A stretch of 64,000 bases of DNA. Origin: Synechococcus sp. AG-679-A04. Lineage in GTDB: Bacteria; Cyanobacteriota; Cyanobacteriia; PCC-6307; Cyanobiaceae. The DNA lies in assembly GCA_003210775.1 (NCBI GenBank), contig QCUI01000001.1:104813-168812 (forward strand), read 5' to 3'. The translations under genes were made by a program, and so were the position numbers. This document shows positions 1 through 13,138 of the stretch, piece after piece; the stretch's first letter is position 1, and each line of letters opens with the position of its first letter. The notes below the pieces were generated by a model. That model ran no database searches. It was not told the origin of the DNA and saw only the letters and a list, made by a program, of their open reading frames with translations.

Positions 1-1050
1 GGCAATCAGGGCGTTGGCCGCCTCCAGAATCGTGGCAGTGGAGCGGTAGTTCTCCTCCAGCTTCACCATCGTGCGCGTCGCGTCATCCGGCGCTTGGTCG
101 CCAAAATCATCCTGAAAGCCCATCAGGATTGTGAAATCGGCGGCACGGAAGCTGTAGATGCTCTGGTCGGCATCCCCCACCACAAACACTGAACGCCCTG
201 ACCAGTTGTCGTAAACCTGGGGCTCCTTGCCATCAGTCACCAGCAGCTTGATCAGGTCGTACTGAGTGCGGTTGGTGTCTTGGTATTCATCCACAAGCAC
301 GTGTGCGAAGCGGCGATGCCAGTAGCTGCGAACCTGCTCGTTCTGGTGCAACAGCTGCACGGGAAGCAGCAACAGATCATCAAAGTCGAGAGCGTTATTG
401 GCAGCCAGGGCCTTGCGGTAGCGGCGATAAACATCCGCTGCGAGCTTGCCGCGCTGCCCCTCGGAGTTGGCTTCCATCTGCTCCGGGAGCCAGCCCTGGT
501 TTTTGGCATTACTAATCGCCCAGCGCACCTTCTTAGGCTCAAAACGCTTGGGATCGAGCTGCAGCTCCTGGGTCACGATCTCCTTCACCAGGCTCTGAGC
601 ATCGGCCTCGTCGTAGATCGAGAACTGCTTGGTCCAGGTGAGTCCCTCTTTGTCTTTGAACTTGTCGATGTCGTATCGCAGCATGCGCGCGAACAAGGCA
701 TGGAAGGTGCCGATCCACAGCTCCTTGGTGACCTCGCGGTAAATGCGCGAGCGCAGCTGACGCTGCTCCACGGGTGGCAGGGTGCTCCAGGGCTGCCCGA
801 ACTGACTCTGCGCCAGTCGCTGAGCAAGAAGCAACTCCAACCGCTCTTTCATCTCCCGAGCAGCCTTGTTGGTGAAGGTCACCGCAAGGATCTGAGACGG
901 ATCAGCTCCGTGTTCACCGATCAGATGGGCGATGCGATGGGTGAGAGCACGCGTCTTGCCGCTACCTGCTCCGGCGACAACCAATAACGGACCCTCGTGA
1001 TGATCCACAGCCCTTCGCTGGGCATCATTGAGGCCGGCAAGAAAACTCAT
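1..1050 (-). CDS. pcrA: UvrD/PcrA-family ATP-dependent DNA helicase, 5' part (runs off the window start)
   Basis: Manual translation from the ATG at 1050 gives MSFLAGLNDAQRRAVDHHEGPLLVVAGAGSGKT (Walker A), later TFTNKAA, LVDEYQDTN and VVGDADQSIYSFR. Absent from the ORF track because it is truncated. Confidence 0.95.
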   Translation of the reverse strand, partial: MSFLAGLNDAQRRAVDHHEGPLLVVAGAGSGKTRALTHRIAHLIGEHGADPSQILAVTFTNKAAREMKERLELLLAQRLAQSQFGQPWSTLPPVEQRQLRSRIYREVTKELWIGTFHALFARMLRYDIDKFKDKEGLTWTKQFSIYDEADAQSLVKEIVTQELQLDPKRFEPKKVRWAISNAKNQGWLPEQMEANSEGQRGKLAADVYRRYRKALAANNALDFDDLLLLPVQLLHQNEQVRSYWHRRFAHVLVDEYQDTNRTQYDLIKLLVTDGKEPQVYDNWSGRSVFVVGDADQSIYSFRAADFTILMGFQDDFGDQAPDDATRTMVKLEENYRSTATILEAANALIA

Positions 1051-1585
1051 TCGCAGATGGTACGGAAACTTGCTTCTTCTTGCGATTACCTATTCATATC
1101 ACGCCAGCAAAATCAAAAATACAATTGGCAATGTCCTAAAAAATTTAGCAACGGCAACTCAAAAAAGCCTGAAACCACCCCTCGACAATCAGAACAATTC
1201 ATCAAAAGCCTAAATAGCAGGTCAAAACTTAAAACGGCTTTAAATGAATTGATACAAACAACTGTCGCAGTAAAATGCCCCAAGAGAGCAAGCTTTATCA
1301 ATGTGGTCGCAACCGCCTATTTTAGCAGATTAAAGCACCTCGTTAAACTATCAATTAGATAATTTTTACCTACAGCTCTTGCCGCCGGGCAAACCCAATA
1401 AATAACTATATTTTAAAAATTTTTAACCAACAAAACCCTTGCAAGCGAGTCAACAAGAAGTGCAAGACAAGGCAAACAACAACGAGAAAGTTTGATTTAC
1501 TACTGGTTCTTGCAGTGAAGAACAGGCAGAGCTATTGATTTGCCTAGAGAATTTCCGCAACCCCAGACTGAAGTAAACTAATGAA

Positions 1586-2899
1586 ATGACTCTGACCCAC
1601 CAAGCGCGCAAGGCTGGCCGCAAATTGTGCAATCAGCTTGAAGAGATGCAGATACAGCATCTAATACTAAGCATTGGCCTCGTTCTGCAATTTTACAGGA
1701 GCCAACGTGAGCTCAGCATGGGACTACTAATCATATGGTTAACAATTAACTGGGTTATTCCTCTCAAAGATTCATTGCACTCTAAACGGTTGGATTATCG
1801 TGCATGCGCTTATGCAATCGCGCTGAGTTTGCTGTTAATTCAAACTCGAACCATCGTTGAGAATCAAGACGAACTCGGAATAAGTCAATTTTTAATAATA
1901 ATTTCAGGAGCAGCGACAACAATTTCACTTAATAGAGAGAAAGCAAAACGCCTACTCCAGTGGATCTCGGTCCCAACAATACTGGGCAGCATTATACTGC
2001 TTGCACCATTACTGATGCATTATGAATTTTCAGAATCTGGAGTAAACATAATGAATCGAGAAGTGCTAGGCGAAGGGTTTGGCGATATTAATCAATTAAG
2101 AATTGTTATTACTTTTTTTACTATCGTAAGCCTGGTTTCGGCAAGACTAAGTAGCTCTATACCGGCAAGAATCTTCACGCTTAGCGGAGCATTCCTCGGC
2201 TACATCATCATTGTTGCAATGGAATCTCGCATGGGTCAAATTGCGATTCCGTTAGGTGCTATAGGCGGGTGGCTTTTCGGCCATTGGCCAATAATAAGAA
2301 CGAATAAAATCATAAAGGCAAAATTTGTACTCATAAGTTTAGCGGCGGGTTTAGTCAGCTTTGTTTGGAAAATAATTGTTACGCCAGATCTATCAAGTGG
2401 CATGGCAAGCGACCGAGGCCGCTTGGCAATTGTTCAATGCTGGGCAAAATCTATCTTGAGTGGATCTAATCGTTTTCTCATGGGTTTTGGACATGACAAC
2501 ACTGAAATTCGCAAGCTTTGCACAGATCACAATATTGGATATTTTCACGCAAGTGACACGATTTCCAGCAGTGGACATGCCCACAATACATTTATCAATA
2601 TTCTTGCTCATTATGGAATCCTGGGAGTGATCGCAGTTGGAATTTTATTCGTTCTTATTGGACGCGCTATTATGATAAATTTAAGACAAGACAATTACAG
2701 CCTAAGGCATAAATCGCCTTTCTCAGCTTCATGGACAGAATGCACCACATCCATTGTTATTACAATATTAATTTGCGCATTATCTAACACTATATACACT
2801 TACAATCACGCCATTCAACTTTTACTTGGCCTACTCATTGCACTTCCTTTATGCGAGGGTAAGCTAAATTCTAACTTCAAAACTCAGCAACATTATTAA
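1586..2899 (+). CDS. O-antigen ligase/polymerase-family (Wzy_C) polytopic membrane protein
   Basis: Many TM segments, an SRMG motif, D-x-GR, GFG and the HAHNTFINILAHYGILG signature of WaaL/O-OTase-like proteins; AT-rich. Start uncertain. Confidence 0.8.
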   Translation: MTLTHQARKAGRKLCNQLEEMQIQHLILSIGLVLQFYRSQRELSMGLLIIWLTINWVIPLKDSLHSKRLDYRACAYAIALSLLLIQTRTIVENQDELGISQFLIIISGAATTISLNREKAKRLLQWISVPTILGSIILLAPLLMHYEFSESGVNIMNREVLGEGFGDINQLRIVITFFTIVSLVSARLSSSIPARIFTLSGAFLGYIIIVAMESRMGQIAIPLGAIGGWLFGHWPIIRTNKIIKAKFVLISLAAGLVSFVWKIIVTPDLSSGMASDRGRLAIVQCWAKSILSGSNRFLMGFGHDNTEIRKLCTDHNIGYFHASDTISSSGHAHNTFINILAHYGILGVIAVGILFVLIGRAIMINLRQDNYSLRHKSPFSASWTECTTSIVITILICALSNTIYTYNHAIQLLLGLLIALPLCEGKLNSNFKTQQHY

Positions 2900-4079
2900 C
2901 ACGTTCACAAAGCTGTTGAACAGTAATTTGCACCGAAAAGTGTTTCTCCACAAGACTTCGACCAGCATCACCCATTGTCATTCGAAGTTGCGAGGAGGAC
3001 AACAAATCAGCCAACTTTTCAGCTAAACGATCAGGGTTTCGTTCTTGTACCAAAAAACCAGTCTCCCCATCACAGACCATCTCAGGGATTGCAGCCAAGG
3101 CAGTTGAAACAACAGGCAAATTCATCTCCATCGCCTCGAGAATCACCGTCGGCAAATTATCCATGCCGCCATTAGCTTCCGTAATACATGGCAAAACGAA
3201 TACACTTGCTTGACGCAAACATCGGCGTACTTCTTCAAAAGAAAGTGCTCCCGAGAAAAAGATGAAATCCTCGAGACCCAATAAGCTCACTTGCTCGCGT
3301 AACGATTGCTCTAATGGGCCAGTGCCTATTATTTGACACTGAAATTTTAACTTCTTTGTGCGAAGACTGGCGCAAGCTTTGATTAAATCGGCGAATCCTT
3401 TTTTTTCAATCAATCGACCTACCGACAGGAGCAAGGGAACTCGCTCAATCTCCAAAGCATTACGAACAGGAGAAAGCGGAATTCCATTATAAATTCTAAA
3501 TATTTTGTCTTGATATTTGGGTAGAAATTTGCACAACCAATCTCTCGAAAAATTAGACACGGTGATGACAAATTTTGCACTGGCCACTAAATCATCTAAA
3601 GTTATAGGATCGTCATTTGCGCAAAACATATCATTCGCATGACCAGTGAAGCTGTAAGAAATACCATAAAGCTTGTTAATCCACCAAGCCGTTCGAGCTC
3701 CGATCCCTGCGAAGTGGGTATGGATATGCGTGACACCTTGACCCTTCAACTCGCGACCCAACCAAGCAGCTTCATAAAGCCGATACTTCCCCTTTTTGTC
3801 ACCCCAGCGCTTCACCTGCCAAACAATTGACAACGGAAAGTGGCCAATCATCGTTCTCGTCGAACGAAACATCTGCTTCAACTCATCACGATCAGGCAGA
3901 TACCGGGTTCTAGTTGCAAGCGCAACAGGACAATCCTCAGACAAGTCACTTGGATAACGCAATGACCAAATCGGCATGGCACCCATCTGCCTTGACATCT
4001 CCTCAACTTCTCTGAAGCAAAATGTTTGAGTCAGCGATGGGAAGCGAGCGAAGAGATAGGCAAACGTCACGCCGACCAA
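2877..4079 (-). CDS. GT4 glycosyltransferase (WcaL-like)
   Basis: FPSLTQTF, HTHFA, SFTGHANDMF, VGRLIEKKG, DNLPTVILEAM. Confidence 0.9.
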   Translation of the reverse strand: MVGVTFAYLFARFPSLTQTFCFREVEEMSRQMGAMPIWSLRYPSDLSEDCPVALATRTRYLPDRDELKQMFRSTRTMIGHFPLSIVWQVKRWGDKKGKYRLYEAAWLGRELKGQGVTHIHTHFAGIGARTAWWINKLYGISYSFTGHANDMFCANDDPITLDDLVASAKFVITVSNFSRDWLCKFLPKYQDKIFRIYNGIPLSPVRNALEIERVPLLLSVGRLIEKKGFADLIKACASLRTKKLKFQCQIIGTGPLEQSLREQVSLLGLEDFIFFSGALSFEEVRRCLRQASVFVLPCITEANGGMDNLPTVILEAMEMNLPVVSTALAAIPEMVCDGETGFLVQERNPDRLAEKLADLLSSSQLRMTMGDAGRSLVEKHFSVQITVQQLCERVNNVAEF

Positions 4080-4464
4080 CCGAGCAGCTTTGGAATCAAA
4101 TATACAGGCAAATGGCAGCTAATCAAAAATTGTTTCAGACATTCGCAAACCAAATACCTCTACAACAACATCCACACATAGCAAGATAGTCATGATCACA
4201 ATGACGAGAAAATCGCACAAAACCACCACAAAGCTGTACCTGCATCGGCAACGCATCAAATGGCAAACAGCTTGTCAGAAAGGCAATTATCGATCAATAC
4301 CATCAAGCCTCTATAACAAAAAGGTGTTATTTAAGGCCAAACGCCAATTGATCAATAATGCGGCAATGTGTAGCCCTCTACTTCAGCTCAAAACACAATC
4401 GATTGGGTTTTTGTACCGACTCAACCACTCCTGAATGCCTATTCACATCCCCCAACGACGTCCG

Positions 4465-4596
4465 ACACTTGATGACGCCATCAGGACTAGAAAACACCCC
4501 ATACGAGACCATCTCAGAATGATTCTGCTCGGTCACTCCATCAACCTGGAAAGACTGTTGCGTTTTCGTCAGCCAGTCCAAGCCAGGCTGGCCTGA
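4465..4596 (+). pseudogene. Probable eroded 3' remnant of arabinose-5-phosphate isomerase (kdsD/KpsF)
   Basis: 4555-4596 reads LLRFRQPVQARLA*, resembling the recalled cyanobacterial KdsD C-terminus (..LLRLHDLVQAGLA*), and lies directly upstream of kdsC. No intact upstream ORF. Confidence 0.35.
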
Positions 4597-4597
4597 A

Positions 4598-4604
4598 AAG
4601 GAGG
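4598..4604 (+). promoter_or_regulatory. Shine-Dalgarno site of kdsC
   Basis: AAGGAGG 8 nt before the ATG at 4613. Confidence 0.6.
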
Positions 4605-4612
4605 ACATCACG

Positions 4613-5176
4613 ATGCGAAAACTACTTCGCGAATGGCGCTGGTACCGACACCGGAAAAAACTGATTGAGATTCAACTCTTGGTGCTTGACGTGGATGGCG
4701 TGCTGACCGATGGAGGCCTGTTGCTGAATCCAGATGGGGAGCTTCAGAAGCGGTTTGATGTGCGCGATGGGCTTGGCCTACGCCTGCTTCAACAGATAGG
4801 GCTGTCTCTGGCATTCCTCAGCGGCGGGCAAGGCGGTGCCACCGAACAACGTGCACAACAGCTGGGCATCCAACACTGCCTTATAGGAATCAAGGACAAA
4901 CCCCCGGCTCTGATGGCACTGCAAGAGCAACTGCAGGTGTCTGTTGAACAAACCTGCTTTGTGGGTGATGACCTCAACGACCTTGCAGTGCGCAATCACG
5001 TTGGCCTGCTGCTCACACCCTGTGATAGCTGCCGTCCCATGCGCCTCCAGGCTGATGCTGTGCTGTGCCAACGCGGAGGCCATGGAGCCGTGCGCGAACT
5101 GGCGGAGCGCATTTTGCAGGCGCGAGGTCACTGGGCAGCACTGCAACGCCACGGTTGGCGGGATCGCAACGACTGA
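4613..5176 (+). CDS. kdsC: Kdo-8-phosphate phosphatase (HAD family)
   Basis: LDVDGVLTDG, FDVRDGLG, VGDDLND, GGHGAVRE. Confidence 0.92.
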   Translation: MRKLLREWRWYRHRKKLIEIQLLVLDVDGVLTDGGLLLNPDGELQKRFDVRDGLGLRLLQQIGLSLAFLSGGQGGATEQRAQQLGIQHCLIGIKDKPPALMALQEQLQVSVEQTCFVGDDLNDLAVRNHVGLLLTPCDSCRPMRLQADAVLCQRGGHGAVRELAERILQARGHWAALQRHGWRDRND

Positions 5177-5223
5177 GCAAAGAACCGATCACAGCCGCGC
5201 AAGCATCGGAAACACAGGACGTC

Positions 5224-6465
5224 TCACCTGATGCCCCTCAGCGCCTGATCACGAGAACGACGCAGAGCCTCACCAAGCAGGGGACCTGGAGCAATTCCTT
5301 GAGCGATCAGTTCCCTAGCGCTTTCAGTTGCCCTGACATGACGCCAGCGCCCCCACCAACGCAACAACGGACGCCAGCAAGGCAGGTTGTCGATGACGGC
5401 CAAGGCCACCACCTCCGCAGGCCAGCGATCCTGTTCCAGGCGCCTTGTCCACTCCAAGGTTCCCCAGCTGCCCCAAGGCTGTGGCAACACATCCAGCACA
5501 ATCCAACGACGCAACTCAAGCAACGCTTCAAGCCAGCGCTGCTGCTGACCTGGGATCTGCAGTCTCAAAGCGAGCTCGCGAGGATCCGAAGCGGCTGCCA
5601 CTAAAACGGCCAGAGCGGGAAGGCCCAATCTCGAGGCCTGATGCAGACGACGGATCAGCCTGGTATCGCTCTGCAAGCAGGGATCTAAAAGAGGCATCAC
5701 GGACCAGGACCGCAGCAAGCCCAAGGCTTCTGCCCATGGTTCCCGATCCAGCAACAACTCCAGCTCCATCCGCAACCGGGTTCCGAGTGCAGGAGGCACA
5801 GAGTCAACGGGATCACCCAAACGCCAAGCCCAAGGCCACAAGCCGATCGTGGAATGCATTTGGAGCAATGCGGTGGGAGCAGGGCTGAAACCAAGACGTG
5901 CGCAGTAACGGGCCGCCCTCAACACGCGGGTCGGATCATCCTCAACGCTTCTTTCATGCAAGAAAGCGAGCTGACGCTTGGCCAGATGCTCCTGCCCATC
6001 AAAAAGATCCAACAGAATCTGATTGCCATCAGCCTGCAACACCAGCGCCATGGCATTCACCGTGAAATCCCGACGAGCCAGATCCTTTTCTAGGGAACTG
6101 TTGTGCACCAGGGGGTTTTGTCCTGGAGCGGGATAGATCTCAGTGCGAGCAGCTGCGAGATCCAGCAGAACACCATCCAGAACCAGCTCAGCGGTACCGA
6201 ACTGATCATGCAGACGCAGATCAGGTACACGAACCAGACCAAGAGTCTCCTGAAGACCAGAAGCAAGCTCGGAGCAAGATCCCTCGTAGACAAGATCGAG
6301 ATCAGGCAGCGTTTGGCAAGGAACCTGATGCATGTCGTGGAGCAGGGCATCACGCACCGCGCCGCCGACAAGAGCAAGACGACCAGTTCCTTTCACCTGC
6401 GCAACCAGAGAAGGAATGAGATCAGGGGGGATGCCCGGGAGAGCTGACGCAGAAACGCGTGTCAT
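5224..6465 (-). CDS. tRNA nucleotidyltransferase (class II; probably the A-adding type)
   Basis: VGGAVRD, DLDL, ARTEIY-P, DLARRDFTVNAM, EDDPTRVLRAARY, C-terminal GIAPGPLLGEAL. Confidence 0.9.
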   Translation of the reverse strand: MTRVSASALPGIPPDLIPSLVAQVKGTGRLALVGGAVRDALLHDMHQVPCQTLPDLDLVYEGSCSELASGLQETLGLVRVPDLRLHDQFGTAELVLDGVLLDLAAARTEIYPAPGQNPLVHNSSLEKDLARRDFTVNAMALVLQADGNQILLDLFDGQEHLAKRQLAFLHERSVEDDPTRVLRAARYCARLGFSPAPTALLQMHSTIGLWPWAWRLGDPVDSVPPALGTRLRMELELLLDREPWAEALGLLRSWSVMPLLDPCLQSDTRLIRRLHQASRLGLPALAVLVAAASDPRELALRLQIPGQQQRWLEALLELRRWIVLDVLPQPWGSWGTLEWTRRLEQDRWPAEVVALAVIDNLPCWRPLLRWWGRWRHVRATESARELIAQGIAPGPLLGEALRRSRDQALRGIR

Positions 6466-6809
6466 GGTCTGTCTATAGAAAAGTCATTCGCCCTACCTGC
6501 TTCTGCTGCTCATCCGAATCGATTTGTGAGCAGCTGTTTTCAACAATGCAGGTGGCGATTGTGTCACCCACCTTGATCAAAATCAGCGGCCCGAGTCGTT
6601 CCCGGTTGTTCAGCTGCGGAGCATCCATTGAGGTGATCGCTAATAGGGGAGAACTTTGCTGAGCACAACTTTTGATCAAAACATTGAAGACGTTGGTAAC
6701 AGCCTGGCAATGCGAATCGTTGCCAATCAAGAGCAGGACTGGACACAGCGCCACCAATGATTTCCATCTCTTGGGAATAGGTTACGGCGGAGTCAGGGAT
6801 GAGACCTAA

Positions 6810-9520
<2,711 letters not shown>

Positions 9521-9577
9521 TCCAAATACTCAGCAACATTCACACCAACCAATCTGCAAAATCAGTAATCATGACTG

Positions 9578-10720
9578 TTAGCGATTGCAAGTGATGACTT
9601 TGTCGATGAGCTCAGAGATTTGGTTGAGATGATGGCCAATCGTGAATCTCTCCTGAATTCGACGCCGCCCACAATCTCCAAGCCTTGCCGCTAATTCTGG
9701 GTTCAGAATAAGTCTTGCCATTGCTTCAGCCATAGCTGCTTCATCTCCCTCATCCACCAGATAGCCGCTCTCTCCCTCAAGAACCACATCGGGAATACCC
9801 GCATGACGGGTGGCAACCACGGGCAACCCACTGAGCTGAGCCTCCATCACGGCCACAGGGTTGCCTTCACTGTCTCCATCTGGAGCCACCAGCGAGTGCT
9901 GTACGAAACCTCGCACCTCACGCATCAATTCAGCCACTTTCGCCTGAGGTTGAACGCCGAAAAAATGCACACGGTCCTGCAGGCCCAGGGCATTCACCAA
10001 AGCTTGCGCCGCCTTCAGTAGCGGACCATCACCCACCATCCATAGGGCCAGCATCGGCTCCCGATCTCCCAGCTCCCCGCAAAGCTGGGAGAAGGAACGA
10101 ATGGTGTGCAAAGGCCCTTTTTTGGCCACAAACCTCCCAACAGCCAACAGCACAGGGCGAGCGGCTGCCGGAGCACTGCCATGGAACAGATCGGTGTTCG
10201 CTCCTGAAGGACTGATCAAAATGCGCTCCGCTTGAGCCCCTAGTGCCATCAAGGTGTCAGCCATCGGTCGCGATTTCACAATCACGCCGGCAGCAATCGA
10301 CATCAACCGGACATATCTCTCCTTCAGAACATCCAAACGACGACGAGCGGATGCATCCGATCCTCGAAAATGCACCAGCATCGGAACACCGCTCCAGGCA
10401 CAAGCTTCCATCACACGCACCGCCTCAAAACCGAATTCAGCCTGCACTGCATCCGGGCGATATCGACGGATCAGTAGCCAGGCAACGAGTGCTGCGGGCC
10501 AAGAAGCAGCACGAACCATCCCGAGTTGCGTCAACAACTTGCTCGTGACAATCGCAGTGGCATAGAGCGACTGCAGAGGCCTGAGGAGGGGCCACTCATC
10601 GCCGAAATAAGCGATGCAACGCATGGGCAATCCTGCAAGATTGGCCCGAATGAAGGTCTCACTCGTTGCCCGACGGGTTGGAGCAAACACAAGCAACGTG
10701 GGTCTCTTCGATCTGCTCAT
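9578..10720 (-). CDS. GT4 glycosyltransferase (WcaL-like)
   Basis: SETFI, HFRGSD, VGRFVAKKG, DSEGNPVAVMEA, TRHAGIPD; the ATG at 10720 overlaps the upstream stop. Confidence 0.9.
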   Translation of the reverse strand: MSRSKRPTLLVFAPTRRATSETFIRANLAGLPMRCIAYFGDEWPLLRPLQSLYATAIVTSKLLTQLGMVRAASWPAALVAWLLIRRYRPDAVQAEFGFEAVRVMEACAWSGVPMLVHFRGSDASARRRLDVLKERYVRLMSIAAGVIVKSRPMADTLMALGAQAERILISPSGANTDLFHGSAPAAARPVLLAVGRFVAKKGPLHTIRSFSQLCGELGDREPMLALWMVGDGPLLKAAQALVNALGLQDRVHFFGVQPQAKVAELMREVRGFVQHSLVAPDGDSEGNPVAVMEAQLSGLPVVATRHAGIPDVVLEGESGYLVDEGDEAAMAEAMARLILNPELAARLGDCGRRRIQERFTIGHHLNQISELIDKVITCNR

Positions 10721-11997
10721 CCCTCTTTCGGCAACGCCAAAACGGAGCGCCAACAAGGCTCAAGCACACTCCAATCCATAGCTGCCAACGTGGTACGTGC
10801 TTCGGCACCACAGCGCTCGCGCAAACCCTGGTCCAGGATGAGCCGTTCCAGAGCGCGGGCTAGGGCCTCGACATTCTCAGACGGCACGACAAATCCCTCC
10901 ACACCATCACGCACCATCTCGAGAGGGCCCGGGGATGCATCGCTCACCACAGATGGCAAACCAAAGGCCATGGCTTCCAAAAGGGCATTCGGCATCCCCT
11001 CAAACCTTGATGGCAGAGCAAAGATGCTGGCCCTGCGCAGAAAGGTTTGGGTGTCAGTACGAAATCCTTCAAAAGACACCACGTCATCAAGCCCAAGTTC
11101 GGCACTGAGCCTTTTCAGTGCAGTGCCTTCAGGCCCCTCACCAACCAGCGTCAGCCTCCAGCCTTTGCGACTGGAGGGAACTATCAAGGCAAAGGCACGC
11201 AGTAACAGATCAAGGCCTTTTTGAGGCTGTAATCGCGCCAGAGCAAGAACCTCTTGCTGGCGCCGGTCTGATGTCAGCTGCTGCTCCGAAACTTCAAGAC
11301 TGATGGGCACTGGGTTAGGCAGCAGCTCCAGGCGCTGCCATTGCCCCATCAGTTTGAGAGCTTGAATCACACCATCAGTGTTGGCTGTAACGACATCAGC
11401 TCGGCGATAGCAAAGCCGCCGGAGTAGTGACCAGACTCGATCCAGGCGCTGCAGTGCAGGGTCATTGCGCTCCGACACAACCAAATGAATCGGAAGATCC
11501 CAAGCTGCCAAACAGCACAAAATATTGGTCCGAGTGAGCATCGACAGCAAACGTTGAGGACGCTCCTCTTCGATCAGCACTTTCAAACTGCACAATCGCT
11601 CTGCGCCCAAACTGCTAGCCCTTCGAGAGAACAACGTGGAGGCGAGACCATCACTGCCAGGTCGAATTCTCGACTCAAACCAGGGACTCAGGAGCAGCAG
11701 TTGAGCTCTGATCAGTAAGCGATGGGCTTTAAGGAACTGAGCAACACCAAAACGTCTTGCACGGGCCATCCAAGAGCGATTCCAACCATCACGCAACAGA
11801 GGATGCGATTTGGATTCAGGGCCGAGTTCCTGATGAATCACACCATGAGGAATGGCATGCCGCACGGGATGACCATGGATGAGGGTGACCACTTTCACGC
11901 GATAACCCTGAGCCGAAAAGTGCTCTGCAGCCAGGAGTCCAACCTTCTGCGCACCGCCGGCACCGAGATGAGGGAGCACAACCCAAAGATCATCCAT
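10717..11997 (-). CDS. GT4 glycosyltransferase (PglJ/PglH-like)
   Basis: GGAQKV, VSERNDP, ARLQPQKG, SRFEGMPNALLEAM. Confidence 0.9.
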   Translation of the reverse strand: MDDLWVVLPHLGAGGAQKVGLLAAEHFSAQGYRVKVVTLIHGHPVRHAIPHGVIHQELGPESKSHPLLRDGWNRSWMARARRFGVAQFLKAHRLLIRAQLLLLSPWFESRIRPGSDGLASTLFSRRASSLGAERLCSLKVLIEEERPQRLLSMLTRTNILCCLAAWDLPIHLVVSERNDPALQRLDRVWSLLRRLCYRRADVVTANTDGVIQALKLMGQWQRLELLPNPVPISLEVSEQQLTSDRRQQEVLALARLQPQKGLDLLLRAFALIVPSSRKGWRLTLVGEGPEGTALKRLSAELGLDDVVSFEGFRTDTQTFLRRASIFALPSRFEGMPNALLEAMAFGLPSVVSDASPGPLEMVRDGVEGFVVPSENVEALARALERLILDQGLRERCGAEARTTLAAMDWSVLEPCWRSVLALPKEG

Positions 11998-13138
11998 GGC
12001 GCAACCGGAGCAGAGCTTCTAGAAACTCATTGCGCAGACATGCGGCGTCATAACGCTCCCTCACCCGCGCAGCCCTCTCACCCAAGCGAAGGCATTGACG
12101 GGGATCTGCCAGCAAACCAGCAATGGCCGCAACCCAGTCATCCGATGTCGCCTGAGCAGACAACAGCAAGCCATTCTCTCCGTGATGGATCAAATCTGCC
12201 GGACCAGTGAGACAGTCGCTGGCAATGCAGGCACATCCGGCAGCCATGGCCTCCAGCAACACGTTCGGGAAGCCTTCATACCGCGAAGGCAACACAAACA
12301 CAGTGGCCCTGGTGTACCAACGCGCCATGCTCCCGCTCACACCTGGCATCAGCAAACGTTCCTGCAGATCGGAGTCCTGGCCAAGCAACTGGCGCAACCA
12401 ACTCTGCTGATCAAATCCGTGGTATTTCCCGGGCGCCAGTCCAAGCAGCGCTAGGTGCAGATCAGGATCGCGTCGACCCAAGTCAACAAACACCGGCATG
12501 AGGCGATCGAAACCCTTCTGATGTGCCTTGGTGCCAGCAGCCAGAATCAGAGGCTTCCTGGGTGCAATGAATTCAGCGGGCTCGAGTACGGGCTCGCGAT
12601 CGGGCAGCGGCCAGGTCACGGAATTCGGTAAAAGCTGCTGCCTCTGAACAGCACAGTTCTCGCGTAGCCAGAGCCCTGTTTCCCTGGTCTGGACCAGATG
12701 CAGGTCAGCCCACGGGTAGGTGATCCGGCGCAGCCAGTGCCATGGCAAAGAAAGCGACTTGGCCGGTGGATAGTTCCGCTCTGACACCACGGTTCGCAGT
12801 GACAAACCAATAGCGGCCAGCAGCAGCTTCACAGCTGGGAGAGTTGTGACCCCAACCGCCAGATCAATGTGGCGGCGATACAGAAGCTGACGAAACGCAA
12901 GCACGCGGAGGGGAAATGCGAACCAGCCCAGCCAAGCGAGTTGTGCGGAGACGGTGGGCTCCACGACGCGCTCAATACCCTCCGGCAAGGGGTAGGCATC
13001 CATTACGGACCCCTTTCGAGTGACGACTAGAACCTGCCAACCCTCTTGATGACACCAACTTGCCCACTGCAAGAGAACCCGTTCAGCACCTCCGAGCTTG
13101 AGGGAGTCAATGATGAAGGCAACCCGCATCTCAGGCAT
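11990..13138 (-). CDS. GT4 glycosyltransferase (PglJ/PglH-like)
   Basis: GGAERV, VSERNYP, QKGFD, SRYEGFPNVLLEAM. Confidence 0.9.
   Translation of the reverse strand: MPEMRVAFIIDSLKLGGAERVLLQWASWCHQEGWQVLVVTRKGSVMDAYPLPEGIERVVEPTVSAQLAWLGWFAFPLRVLAFRQLLYRRHIDLAVGVTTLPAVKLLLAAIGLSLRTVVSERNYPPAKSLSLPWHWLRRITYPWADLHLVQTRETGLWLRENCAVQRQQLLPNSVTWPLPDREPVLEPAEFIAPRKPLILAAGTKAHQKGFDRLMPVFVDLGRRDPDLHLALLGLAPGKYHGFDQQSWLRQLLGQDSDLQERLLMPGVSGSMARWYTRATVFVLPSRYEGFPNVLLEAMAAGCACIASDCLTGPADLIHHGENGLLLSAQATSDDWVAAIAGLLADPRQCLRLGERAARVRERYDAACLRNEFLEALLRLRHG

Noticed and set aside
280-987. 235-aa plus-strand ORF
   Set aside because: Antisense shadow of pcrA; no recognisable motifs.
997-1362. 121-aa ORF in the AT-rich spacer
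   Set aside because: Overlaps the pcrA start on the opposite strand and has no motif support.
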